Shown here piece by piece: positions 12,008 to 24,049 of a stretch of 64,000 nt of DNA. The DNA comes from Eukaryota sp. GEM-RC1. Lineage: Eukaryota. The stretch lies in assembly GCA_040285855.1 (NCBI GenBank), contig JAUFOQ010000013.1:186001-250000 (forward strand). The letters run 5' to 3'. How positions within the stretch are numbered: the first letter of the stretch is position 1; each line of letters begins with the position of its first letter. The notes below the pieces were generated by a model, which ran no database searches, was not told where the DNA came from, and was given only the letters and a program-made list of their open reading frames with translations. The translations under genes and the position numbers were made by a program.

Positions 12008-14300
12008 TAGATAAATGTACTAGAAAAACGGCCTTTCGATGTTGTTTAGTTCAAAAACGTAAATTGTGAAGTGAAGTATCAGTGTCAAACAGCCTTTTTG
12101 TACCAGTGTAGATCAACTTAACATATTCAAGAACACATACTGTTGTGGATAAAAGAAAAAAACAGTTAGAAGTCACGGAGTTTTAGTAAGTATGGCTTAA
12201 TCATCTTGTAGAAGGGATTGACATGTGCCAATGATTTCTTGAGGAAAGAATCAAGAAGAAGACATGTTTTTGACGTATTGATGAGTCACTATGAGAGTCT
12301 GGACGAGTCTGTCATAATCCACAAGAATCTCCTTAAATTTTGACCTATCTTCATAACAAGGTCAGTACTTAGTTGTTCACCGCTCTACATTGTTCTACTT
12401 AGGACACAACAAAAATAAGAATGTCGTATTCAAGCAAAATGTATTGATGACCATACATGTTCTCTCAATATCAAACATCTCACAGTTCGCTTGATATAGC
12501 CCTCTTCTCTTTCTCTTACATATAACGTACCGTGTATCCTCTGTTCTTAACGTGTTGAAAGCGTTGTATACTTTGCAGTTTCTTGAGGAGATGAGATGAC
12601 ACTCTTCCCTGCGTGAGTTGATTGGAGCATTTCGTGCGTATTCCCAGGACATCAAAGTTCCCTTCGATCATATCTTTCTCCAAGCCACTATTGTAGAAGG
12701 TGGATTCGATGATGTAGACGCTCTAAGTGATGTACTCTCTCTGCCGTTGTCGTCACTACATCTACTCTGACAAGGAAGGAACACCTCCAACTTCTTCCTG
12801 TTGAATCTTCATCTTCCTTCTGAATTTCCCCTCCATTCTGCTTGATATTTGCATCACTATCATTGACAATCTTGATTTTGCTCTGGGAAGAAAGCTTCTC
12901 TCCTCCCCTTTCAAAAAATCCTGTCAACAAACACCATCTTAGACACGCTCCAACAATACACCGCGTATAGAAGTGTCTTTATCTAAACCTTCTTCTTCCT
13001 GGCCACTTCAATCCATCCACTTTCCTTCTAGTTAATTACCATGTCACATTTGCTGATTGTGATTATTCTAAGAACTTTCCCAATCTAACTCTTTGAACCC
13101 TTTCAACGAATTTTGTTTGTCTTGTAGTGTGGTTAAATTCCTGGTCCACATACTGATCCTTATTCTCATTGCGCAGTTGAATATCAGCAACTAACTCAAA
13201 GATATGCTTCTGCCGTTCAATGATTGGTGAACCAAAAGGTTTTATTAAAACTGTAAATTGGTGAACTTTAAAAATTCTCATTAGTTTATCATCTTACCAA
13301 TTTGTTCAAAATCATTACTCACTATAATTATTTCAGAAATCGATTATTTCTGTGCAAAAATCAGGACTTGTATGATCTCATTTTCCGATAACTATTTAAC
13401 TAAGATTTGCAATTTGAACTTTCTAATTCTTAATATTTTGAAATTCAACTAGTGTGCTTCTTAATTCCACGTCTTGCTACCAGTTTTATCTGCAGTTCTG
13501 ACGGTGTTACTTATAAGTTAAGTTAGAAATCAGAACCAAAACTATTTGTAAGAATGTAACTTAACCATTAGATTAAGTTGAGTCATTTTGAACTTAGATC
13601 CAGACTTTTAATGAATCACGAACTTATGAAGGTCAATCTGAGGGAAATTTGGACTAAGTTTCACAGTCATGATTCAACTTTTATGTCTATTTTGACACCA
13701 ATTTAACTGTCACTACAATCAATCTTGGCTTCAATTTCTTTGTGTTTGTATCAAGATATTTTACCACATGAAGTTTATTTAGTCGTGTTTTACTCTCGTT
13801 CTGTCTGTGCCAATTTGACACGTGTCAATTGTTGACGTGATCAATCTCTTGTAGATGCTCAATTATGCTTGTATTCTGAACACAGACTTACAATGCACAA
13901 TTAGCACATCACTATTCTTTTCTTGTTAATTAATTGCAACAGTTTTGAAAACTCATATAAGGAGTTCTTCAACATTAGAAATGTTAAAAAATGTAATGGC
14001 AAGGGAAAATATTCTTCAATCAGGTACTTGTGCTTCTTGGTGAAGGGTACTGTGTAATTGTTCCAAAATGACTTAAAATTGCAATGCTTTTCAAAAACAG
14101 CATGGTTGTTTCTATTTTCATTATTGTTGATGTTTTTTGCTATGTTAGTGTTGGATTTGAACGTGTGTTTTTTATGCGTTGTATATTTGATTCAGTGTGT
14201 TTTTGTAATTCTATTCAGTGGAGGAAGGAATTTTCGCTACCCAGAATTTCAATACTTCTTCAATTTGTTTGTTTGCTACAAACTTTTTAATTCAGGATAT
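12008..14300 (-). repeat. Repeat X copy 1 (~2.3 kb, subtype alpha)
   Basis: Diverged reverse complement of 16427-18706 and 58421-60760; contains only decayed reading frames. Confidence 0.9.
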
Positions 14301-14650
14301 TTTTGTACTATTTCTTCATTCATCTTTTGCACATATAATTCACTACCCAAGAGCAAATTAAATCCCCAAAACTTGGATTATTGTCAAAATTGTTGCCGTA
14401 AAAAATAGGATCAGAATGGGTTGTTGCTAATGGATATTTTATTGGAAATGATTTCTTCCAATTGTAAGAAAGTATAGTAACGGAACCTTCTTTGTTTGTT
14501 TGAGGAGAGAACAGAAAAATCTCAATGCACCAAACATCAACACTACATATTTGAGTATCACCTTTTTGCCGATGAATAAGATTGAGCGTTCGTACGTTGA
14601 ATTGAAAATCTCTATTTTGCTTTATCAAAATCTAAACCATAATCGTTTAA
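14276..14650 (-). pseudogene. AT-rich orphan gene, frameshifted (copies at ~27321-27695 and ~45557-45930)
   Basis: ORF 14320-14628 plus a shifted tail ELYVQKMNEEIVQKYPELKSL*. A paralogous tail ELYIQKMNEEIISKYHELKIFV* lies at ~33285-33360. Confidence 0.5.
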
Positions 14651-14728
14651 CATTGTTTATTTAAAAAAATCATTTTTTTTACCTCATTGAAAATAAAAAA
14701 AACTTTTTTATATTTTTTTCTTTTTTCC

Positions 14729-15290
14729 TTAAAATAGAATCCAATCGAAATCTTTCCCATTACTTTCAAGTCTGTTTAATCGGAACATTATAGTTCGATA
14801 ATGTCTCTCTACGTCATAATTATTAAAATTAGAATTAATTAATGTGTTTGCAAGCAAAAACATTGTTCTGCAATAAATAAATGAGACAAATAACGAAGTG
14901 ACACAATAATTATCAGGATTGAATACACGCGTTTGATTGAGGAATGGTTGACAAAATGAATGACAAGTGTTGAACTCTCCGAATACATGAGTCATATAAG
15001 GAAATTCACTCAAAAACAAATCAGAGATTTGTCTTAGGTCGTTGATTAACTTGGGCCTGTTCATTCTTCTTAAAAACTTAAAGAATTCTTCGACATAAAG
15101 ACAGATCTTCAATTTGTATTGTTCTTCTATCTCTTTGTCTGATCTGTTTAATCCACAAACCAGGTCTTTGCAAAACGTTGCAAAGAAATTAGTCCATTTA
15201 ACAAAATATCTAATGAATTCCAATTCTGAATCAACGAAGGAATAAGGTTCTGTTGATTTGTGTACACCCAATCCCTTGAAACCATTATAT
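14729..15290 (-). pseudogene. 5'-truncated copy of the orphan gene at 27772-28626 (another at 46008-46570)
   Basis: Matches the C-terminal 180 aa of the 302-codon ORF; the 5' part is lost at the GAAACCATTATATA junction. Confidence 0.85.
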
Positions 15291-15367
15291 ATTATAGTTG
15301 ATTGAATCAGGAAAATGAATTAAGGTTAAAAAAATGTTTTCATATTCTGATTAGTTTATTCTTTATC

Positions 15368-16372
15368 ATGTCCGACTGTAACGCGCTTATTGCTAAATTG
15401 ACAAAAGCCCTTCTTGACCCTGATGTTTCTGTCCCCCACAATGATACTGTAGAGACAACGCACGATGATCCCCCCTCAGCAAAGGTTTCTCCTCTGTCCG
15501 TTGCCGTTCATTCGGTAAATGGTATCATCTGTCCTCTCAAGGGCGGAGTAGAAACTGGACGGCATATCACCACAATTTTGAAGAATGGTGCCAGATTGCT
15601 CGGTGCTATAGATATCAAGGTGAAATATCGTCAAAATCGAGAAGTAGAGTGTGTACACCCTGATGGCGCCGGTATCTATACCGATGGTGCTTGGGCTTAT
15701 ATTGCTTCTACCAACGAGGTTGAGAGAGATTGTCGCTCCAATAAAACTCCGTTGCAGGTAGACGTTTCCGTCATTAACGGAATTGTTTGCCCGCATATCG
15801 ACGGGGTAGCATTGGGACGGTTAGAATCGAATTTGTATGTTCACAATCGTACGGGCATTCTAAATGCTTCTTTGGATATACATAACGAGTTCGAACAAGA
15901 CCCCTCCGCCCCTCCGATGTTCCCACACGTTGTGCCCATTTTAGATCCGGAAGGATATGAAAAAGCACTGAATGCGTATGGTGTTCCACCCCCGTCATCT
16001 CTTCTGGTGGTCGTGGTGGTCGTGGTGGTCGTGGTCGTGGACGTGGCACTCGTGGTCGCGGACGCGGTTCTAACCGTGGCGGGCGTGGCTATAAATCACT
16101 TCCTTATGTCTTCGTCAACATACACTAAGACCATCACAATCGAAAGATTTTTTATCGGGAATTCTCTATGTATTAGAGAAATAACTGATGATATTTATCA
16201 TCAAATGATTAAAACCACCATCACTTCTAGTGTTGGTGAAACTCTTTATTTTGTTGATGTAGTCAACAAAACTCAAATTCAACAGTGTCCCCAATCATTA
16301 GGAGTTTTTCATGGTTTTCCAGAACCAAATGAAGAAGAACCAACGGATGAAGAAGAATCAATGAAAGAATAA
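15368..16372 (+). CDS. Orphan protein with an internally duplicated domain; likely a frameshift fusion of an RGG-tailed gene and a downstream 88-aa gene
   Basis: ATG at 15368. Repeat PLSVAVHSVNGIICPLKGGVETGR / PLQVDVSVINGIVCPHIDGVALGR. The poly-Val tract reads SSGGRGGRGGRGRGRGTRGRGRGSNRGGRGY in the -1 frame. Confidence 0.65.
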   Translation: MSDCNALIAKLTKALLDPDVSVPHNDTVETTHDDPPSAKVSPLSVAVHSVNGIICPLKGGVETGRHITTILKNGARLLGAIDIKVKYRQNREVECVHPDGAGIYTDGAWAYIASTNEVERDCRSNKTPLQVDVSVINGIVCPHIDGVALGRLESNLYVHNRTGILNASLDIHNEFEQDPSAPPMFPHVVPILDPEGYEKALNAYGVPPPSSLLVVVVVVVVVVVDVALVVADAVLTVAGVAINHFLMSSSTYTKTITIERFFIGNSLCIREITDDIYHQMIKTTITSSVGETLYFVDVVNKTQIQQCPQSLGVFHGFPEPNEEEPTDEEESMKE

Positions 16373-16426
16373 ATTTTCTCTGAGGTTTGTTTAAAAATCT
16401 AATAGATTATAGTCCCTTTGAAAACC

Positions 16427-18706
16427 ATATCCTGAATTAAAAGATTTGTAGCAAACAAACAAATTCAAAAATTATTGAAATTCTGAGTAGCGAAAATTCC
16501 TTCCTCCACTGAATAGAATTACAAAAACACACTGAAGCAAATATACAACGTATAAAAAACACACGTTCAAATCAAAAACCAACAGAACAAAAGAAACCTC
16601 AACTCCTATAAAATTAACAGAAGAACACAGGTTGTGTTGAAATGATTGTGAGTTTAAGTCATTCTGGAACAAATACACGGTAGACCTGGACCAAGAGCAC
16701 AAGTATCTGATTGAAGAATATTTTCCTTTACCATGACATTCTTTAACACTTCTAATGTTGAAGAACTTCTTACAATGGGTTTTCAAAACTGTTGCAATTG
16801 ATTGAGAAGCTTAGAATATTGATGACGACAATTGTACATTGTAACTCTGTGTTCAGAATACACGCATAACTAAGCATATACAAAAGATTGATCACGTCAA
16901 CAATTGACACGTGTCAAATTGGCACAGACAGAATGAGAGTAAAACCCGCCTAATTAAACTTGCTGTGGTATAACAGCTTGGTAAAAATAAAACTGAAATG
17001 ATGCCAACACTGATTATAGTAACAATTAAATTGGTTTCCAAAATAGACATAAAAGTTGAATCATTATGACTGTGAAACTTAGTCCAAATTTCCCTCAGAT
17101 TGACCTTCATAAGTTCGTGATTCATAAAAAGTCTGGATCTAAGTTCAAAATGACTCAGATTAATCTAATGGTTAAGTTGTATTCTTACAAATAGTTTTGA
17201 TTGTGATTTGTAACTTAACTAAGAAGTGACACCTTCAGCACTGCAAATAAAAGTGGTAGCAAGACGTGGAATTCAGAAGCACACTAGTTGAATTTCAAAA
17301 TATTAAGAATTAGAAAGTTCAAATTGAAAATCTTAGTTAAAAAATAGTTACCGTAAAATAAGATCATACAAGTCCTGATTTTGTAACTGAAATCATCAAT
17401 TTCTTGAATAATCATAGTGAGTAATAAGCTTGAACAAATTGGTAAGATGATAAACTAATGACAATTTTAAAAGTTCACCAATTTACAGTTTAAATAAAAC
17501 CATTGATGTTGGACAAATTCAGTTATTGACTCGTCAAAAGGTGAAGGTTTACTTAAACCTTTTGGTTCACCAATCATTGAAGACCAGAAGCATTTCTTTC
17601 AGTTTTTGCTGATATTCAACTGCGCAATGAGAATAAAGATCAGTACGTGGACCAGGAATGTAACCACACTACAAGACAAACGAAACTCGTTGAAAGAGTT
17701 CAAAGAATTAGAGCGGGAAAGTTCTTAGAATAATCACAATCAGCAGCTGTGACGTGGTAATTAACTAGAAGGAAAGTGAACGGATTGAAGTGACCAGGAA
17801 GAAGAAGGTTTAGATAAAGACACTTCTATACGCGGTGTATTGTTGGAGCGAGTCTAAGATGGTGTTTGTTGTCAGAATTTTTTGGAAGGGGGGAGGAGAG
17901 AAGCTTTCTTCCCAAAGCAAAATCAAGATTGTCAATGATAGTGGTGCAAATATCAAGCAGAATGGAGGGGAGGTTCAGAAGGAAGAGAAACATTAAATAG
18001 GGAGAAGATGGAGGTGTTCATTCCTTGTCAGAGTAGACGTAGTGACGACAACGGCAGAGAGAGTATATCATTTAGAAGCGTTTACATCATCAAATCCACC
18101 TTTTGCATCGTGGCTTGGAGAAAGATATGATCGGAGGGAACTTTGATGTCCTGGGAATACGTGCGAAATGCTCCGACCAACTCACTCAGAGAAGAGTGTC
18201 ATCTTAACTCCTCATGAAACTGGAAACGTCAAAGGAGACAATGCTTTTAACACGTTAATCACGGAGAATACACGGTACGTTATATGTAAGAGAAAGAGAA
18301 GAGGGCTAAATCAAGGGAACTGTGAGATGTTTGATGTTGAGAGAACACGCGTGGTCATCAACACATTTTGCTTGAATACGACATTCTTGTTTTTGTTGTG
18401 TCCTAAGTAGAACTATACAGAGCGGTCAACAACAAGGTAATGTCCTTGTTATGGAGATAGGTCAAAATTTAAGGAGATTCTTGTGGACTTTGACAGACTC
18501 GTCCAGACTCTCCTAGTGACTCATCAATATGTTAACAAACAGATCGTCTTCTTGACTCATTCCTCAGGAAATCATTGACATATGCCAACCCCTTCTACAA
18601 GATGATTAAGCCATACTAAAACGCCGTGACTTCTAACTCTTTCTTTCTTCTTTTCGCAAAAGTCTGTGTTCTTCAATATGTGAAGTTGATCTACACTGGT
18701 TAGTAC
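16427..18706 (+). repeat. Repeat X copy 2 (subtype beta), inverted partner of copy 1
   Basis: Begins ATATCCTGAATTAAAA, the reverse complement of the sequence ending at 14300. Confidence 0.9.
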
Positions 18707-18789
18707 TAAAGATATTCTTTGTACTAGCAATTGTCTCAGAATTAGACAAGCGAACTTTGCCGTGCAGGATCTTGTCCAAGCTTCCCCTA

Positions 18790-19350
18790 ATGGCGATCTC
18801 TGCCCTCAACATTTCTTCCTAACAGATCGTTCTGGGAGAAAGGATTGGGGAAGGAGGTTTTGCTGTTGTATACGCTGCTATATGGTTCGATCTTCATATT
18901 GTCATCAATGTGATGTCTTTAACTAAGACAGCTCAAACTTCAACAAGAACTGCATCTCCTGGTCAACCTCCACCATTTCTCTACACTTCGTGTTTTTGGA
19001 TTCTTCTTCTTCGAAGAAACCGTTAGTATTGTAATGGAAAGAGCTTATTCTTCCCTCCCCTCCACATCCTGTATCACGTCATCAACTCTGAGATAGGCCA
19101 AAGTATGATGCCCATTAGCAGTTTGATTCAGATACGAGCCCTTCATTATAAAAGACTCTGATTTTTTGGAGCAATAGTGAACATATCGATTTCCTAGAAA
19201 TAAGCCATCACACTACATCTTGGGATCTGATGTTCTTTAAAGATATGTATGACACTCCGCAGAAATAGCTTTCATTTGGGTAATCTTTTTGAGGAATGTT
19301 AAATGGAACTTCATCGCGCACCGCTCAAGTTAACAATTGGTAAACCTCTA
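18790..19350 (+). pseudogene. Protein kinase pseudogene (TKL-like N-lobe)
   Basis: My translation: MAISALNISS*QIVLGERIGEGGFAVVYAAIW, later IVME and SFG.I remnants; many disruptions. Confidence 0.8.
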
Positions 19351-20389
19351 ACGTACAATAAGTGATTCTATGACGTTCTAGGTTTTGTAACCATATCGTT
19401 GTCATTTGAAACGTACACGAGTCCAGTTTTCCAACCCAACATTGATTACCTTTTGGCTTATGCTTGTAGAGACTAATACATATGATTCTTTTTGGGTTCT
19501 AAAAGAATTTCAGAGTAATGCAACTGAGCATATGCACAATATTCATAGCTAAATGTCGAACATAAAATGCATGTTTGGCTTCATGATACACAATGAATAT
19601 TGCTTCTAAAAGAACAATTACTTTATTCGAAAATAAGATATACATATCAAAAGAAACACACTCTTTCAGCTGTTGAATAAACCACATTCAATTGGATGTA
19701 TGTTTTTAGAAACAAAAATGGGACAGGACATGTGAAATAATTCTTCCATTGTACACTACTCCCGGTCTTCAGCTGTTCCAGAACCGTGACCTTGTTCATC
19801 TTCTGAACAAACGTACTGCAAAACTGGATTATAACCAATAAAGACCATAGTTGCAATGATCATCGTGTACAAGCATTTTACTCTACATAGTGCGCAACTG
19901 GAAATAGTGTGTACCAAAATGAGATCACTATATCCAGGGTAGACTGTACATTGACGAAAAATTTAATTTATCATTTCCCATACTTTTTATCAATAATTCC
20001 AGCATATTTGAGATGGAGTATTGATTATGGAAATGGAATTAATTTATATCAAATTGTATCGTAGTAGTACAAGAGTAGATGTGGACCATTTGAACTCTTT
20101 TCAGTACTAGTTGTTTGTATTTCGTTAATTAATACCATAAAAAGTTATTAATTCTATTTATATCAATTAACTGTTGTTTTAAATTAATTTGATATTTCAA
20201 ATACAGACAGCCGTCTATAGTTACAATCGATTGGGCTGTTGAAATTACAGGCCCGTTTCTATTTTTTATCTGTCATATCTAGTTTAACATTACAACAAAC
20301 CTGTTTCATCTGATCTTGGAGGGTACTTTTGCAAGAGGTCTCTACTTTTCACTCATAATGCGTGCTTCTTGAGACGATATTGTTTTAGC

Positions 20390-20747
20390 TCGTTTTTTGT
20401 CTAAATTGGATTTCGTTAAATGTTTGTTAGATGGATTAAGAAGTTTATATTCTTTTGTATTGACATCGCAAGCTACGTCGGTTATGCCACATTCGAATAT
20501 TTAGAAATATTCAAAAGTGAATTTCTTCTTTATAGTTTGGAATTCATGAATTTCTTGAAAAGAATCGAAAAGAACGATTTAATTGAGTCTCTTAAACCAT
20601 TGTCACATTCACTTTTAAGCGAATTTTTCGCAATAATTTATGACTTCAAAGGTTTCAACGCTGAACACAATCATTAGGAATTATTTCTCAAGGGGTCTAA
20701 AAATTCGAAACCAAACATTATTGTCCTTCTTCAATGTTTGTGTCTCT
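20390..20747 (+). pseudogene. Diverged paralog fragment of the 27772-28626 orphan gene (copies at ~38632-38989 and ~51702-52059)
   Basis: FVRW..F..FC.D...LY..EF..FLKR....LI..L..LS...LSEF aligns with FVKW..F..FC.D...LY.EEF..FLRR....LI.DL..IS...LSEF. It ends HYCPSSMFVS (compare NYCVTSLFVS) where the MuDR sequence begins. Confidence 0.75.
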
Positions 20748-22525
20748 GGGAAGAGCATCTTCCTGTCTCTCTTACATTAGACAGTGTGTATGACAATAAA
20801 CATGATCTTCTATTGTCTATACATCATGAATCTCTCCAAACATAGCTGGAGGTAAAAACTACTCACTCAGACACCACAAGGCTTTTGATTCGCTGTACAG
20901 TGGCAGTTTGCACGTTTTCTTTGAACAGTCATAAAAGACAAGACGATAATTGGTACATTACTACACTAGTCGAACACTCTTGCTCTGCACTGCAGTCTTG
21001 CAAACATAAAAACGCTACAGCGACCTTTATTTCTTCCCATCCTTTCTTCATGGATATGTGCTCCCACAACAGAAATATAACAGCCAATGATATCGTAGCT
21101 GCTATGAAGACCTTATATGCTGTTGATACATCTACTGCTTGTGCGTATAGAGCACGTAATCGACTTCTTGCCTCCACTTATGGCTCACCTGAAGATTCTT
21201 ATATTGATCTTCCTGCTTATCTAGATGAACTAGAAGACAGAAATCCCGGATCTGAAATCAATCTGGAAGATGATGATGGTGTTTTCCAACGTAGTTCTAT
21301 TGAACTGAAGCCAAGATTTGAGGCCCTTCGACATTGCCGCAAAGTTATCTCAGTCGATGGGACTCATCTTTTCTCAAAATACAGAGGAATTTTGCTAACT
21401 GCTACTACTCTAGATGCAGATGGCCATCTGTACCCTCTCTGTTATTCAGTTGTTTCTGTGGAGAATACTAGCAATTGGAAGTACTTTTTTACACATTTAA
21501 AAAAGTGTATGCAGTGTGTTGAAGTGCCACTCGATGAAGTTATATTCTTGTCAGACCGACAAAAGGGGTTGTTGTCCAGCATCAGTGAGATATTTGGCAA
21601 CAACCAACCACATGGATATTGTGTCCGCCATTTGGTGGCTAATTGTTTGAGAAATTTCAGAAAAAGAGGTCTTATGAAACTAATTTGGCAGGCTGCTGGA
21701 AGTACAACGGTAGAAGACTTCCTGATTGTAACGCAAAAAATCAGAATTCTTAGTCGTCAAGCTCACGACATGCTAATGGATATCAAGGAACACTGGACTT
21801 TGTGTCATTTTCCATGTTGTCGGTATGGTCATTTAACCTCTAATATTTCCGAGAGTTTCAACTCTGTAATACGTGAAACTGAAGGAGCTCCATTAATCCC
21901 TCTACTGGAATCTATTCGGGAAAAAATGAGAGATTGGCAAGAGAAATACGCAAAGGCGTCACGTCAAGTGAATCCACAATGGAGTTAGTTCCATCTGTTA
22001 TGACCACACTGGAGGGAGAATTGGGAAAGCTCGGATGATGACAGCTCATAACAATGGAAGATTTATTAAAGTAACTGATGAAAGACAAAGAATCTATATT
22101 GTCGATTTGGATCAGCAACAATGTGACTGCGTAAGATGGCAAACAGAAGCCACTCCCTGTACTCATGTGTGTATGGCTTTAATGTCGGTTAACTCAAAGC
22201 CCTTGGAGAACGTGGATGAATGTTTTGCGAGGAAGACTCAGAGTAAGATTTATGAGAATTGGGTAGTTCCTCCCTGAGATAGAAGTGTTTGGACAAGCTA
22301 TGCTACTCCTTTAAGTCCTCCTGATGTAACACGTGGCGTCGGAGCACCAAAGAAGAAACAGAACCGTAGTGTGTATGAGTTTTAGTTTATTATCTTAAAT
22401 ATGTCAGCAAAAGTCATAATAAAGAAGCTTAGAAGGAAGGTTTATTCTTCACTGGTATATTTGATATGGGTAAGGTAGTTTTGAAAAGAAAAATGTTGTC
22501 ACTGGTATTTTTGTGAAAGGCCCTC
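20748..22525 (+). mobile_element. Mutator/MuDR transposon, 5'-truncated, transposase disrupted
   Basis: MULE DDE motifs ISVDGTHL, FLSDRQKGL, HGYCVRHL, TSNISESFN; SWIM finger CDC.RWQ..ATPCTHV in a shifted frame; TIR-like end GGTATTTTTGTGAAAGGCCCTC; in-frame TAG upstream. Confidence 0.92.
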
Positions 22526-22614
22526 ATTGTTATAAAAGAGAAGGAGTAAAGTAGCACCCATCTGTAACAAATAACCCATAATTAAACACAAAAAAAGAGC
22601 ATAAATAAACAAAC

Positions 22615-22726
22615 TCAAAAGTCACGACGATGTCATGACGTCGTTACCAAAACCCAAGTAGACGTGACATCAAGTCGCGTCACGTCATGAAAAAGTCATG
22701 ACTCGTCGAGTCGTTTGCCAACTCTA
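22615..22726. mobile_element. Isolated hAT-like element end (present in each unit)
   Basis: Clustered GTCATGAC/GTCACG motifs ending TTGCCAACTCTA, similar to TAGGTTGGCAAA at ~23848. Confidence 0.5.
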
Positions 22727-24049
22727 ATTCAAATGTTAATCTCAAATCACATATTTCAAATTACTCTAAATGTAATAATTTCACATTAGCTGTTCTATTA
22801 TTTCGTTTTTCAAATAATTATAAAATTTATTATGTTCTTCTTCCCCTCCTCCTCTTAGATATAAGTAATTAAACATTTTATATTTTGTTTTCTTAAAGGG
22901 CTCGAGAAAGGCGCATTAAGCGCTTCATTAAAGGCATACGCTCAAGACGGGCGGCGTTTGTAAATCTCAAGAGATTGAAGAACGCCATGAGCGATTATAT
23001 GAGTATTTCATTGTAGATTATTCTATAAATTATTACTTATTATAAATAAAACAAATTTTTTTTTGATTTTTTATAAAATCTATAAGGTAAAAAAACTATT
23101 TTTTATGTATTTATATTTAAAATGTCTAATCAATTACATAAAGATGCTAATGAATATGTAATGAAATCAGATAAAGAATGAAAATTAAATGGAAAACGAT
23201 AAAAAGGTGAAAAAAATGGTTAACTAGGTGAAAATTCTACCCTCAATAACTTAACATCTCGAAAACATACAACAGTTACTGTATCGATGTCTGATGAATC
23301 TTATGAGGTCCCTTAGCCTGACGAAGAAGATAAACAGACATTCCCAACTTTGGGGAGTGACACAGAAGATGTAATGAATATGCTGCACAACATGGTTTTT
23401 TTGTCACTTCAGCATACGCCCGTCGTCAAGGAGAATGAGGGACTGCTACAGCTAAGAACTTAACCCATATTCCCGCTCCAATTAAGGACACCTCTTACTT
23501 GCTGATGCGTCGCTACTTATCTCCAGAACAGACCCTTGGACAATTATATATCAACAAGAAAATACTTACTACTTTTCGTAAACTCTCTGCAGAAAAGAAC
23601 TTAGGCAAACTGCTCCTATTGACCTGAAGTCAAATTTCCAATGTAAAACGGAATTTTAACCATCCTTGGATCTAAGAGTGCTGTTCACAATATAATCGAG
23701 AGGTGCAATAATGACATTTTGCCGAAGTACGATGACGAGAACAGTGTTACTGGTTTATTGATTACAAAGAAAGAATCTATGAGTATGTTTACAACGCATC
23801 CAAGCATTGTTAGTGATGTGCAGAGTTTAAAAGCGAATGTTCATGTATAGGTTGGCAAATAGTGTTCACTTTCACCTAGTTAGTTTTATTTTCACCTGAT
23901 TAGTAAAATGAAATTTGGTCAATCATTTTTCACCTAGATAGAAAAATTTTTCACCTATTTAACCCGTCCCAAATTAAATTTAAAGTTTTAACTTTAAACA
24001 TAGTTATTTTTGATAGAAAAATGAATAGCTTTAAGAAATTGAATTTTTT

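Noticed and set aside
12395..14408. Short ORFs inside repeat X (e.g. MLTGFFERGG, MLRPTHSEK, MFQNDLKLQ) as real genes
   Set aside because: Frames differ between alpha and beta copies and no motif is recognisable; they recur only because the DNA is duplicated.
15774..16049. Minus-strand MPRPRPRPP ORF
   Set aside because: Antisense shadow of the GGTCGT repeat.
19640..19860. hAT C-terminal remnant (W...STAERV)
   Set aside because: Too few conserved residues to call.
18790..22380. Alternative genetic code (stop codon reassignment), suggested by in-frame stops in the kinase, MuDR and primase
   Set aside because: The same genes also have frameshifts, all three stop types occur, and the pogo, 302-codon and 329-codon ORFs are stop-free in the standard code.
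23290..23810. Second MULE transposase remnant (DDENSVTGLLITKKESMSMF..HPSIV)
   Set aside because: Suggestive only; the catalytic motif is missing and frames are broken.
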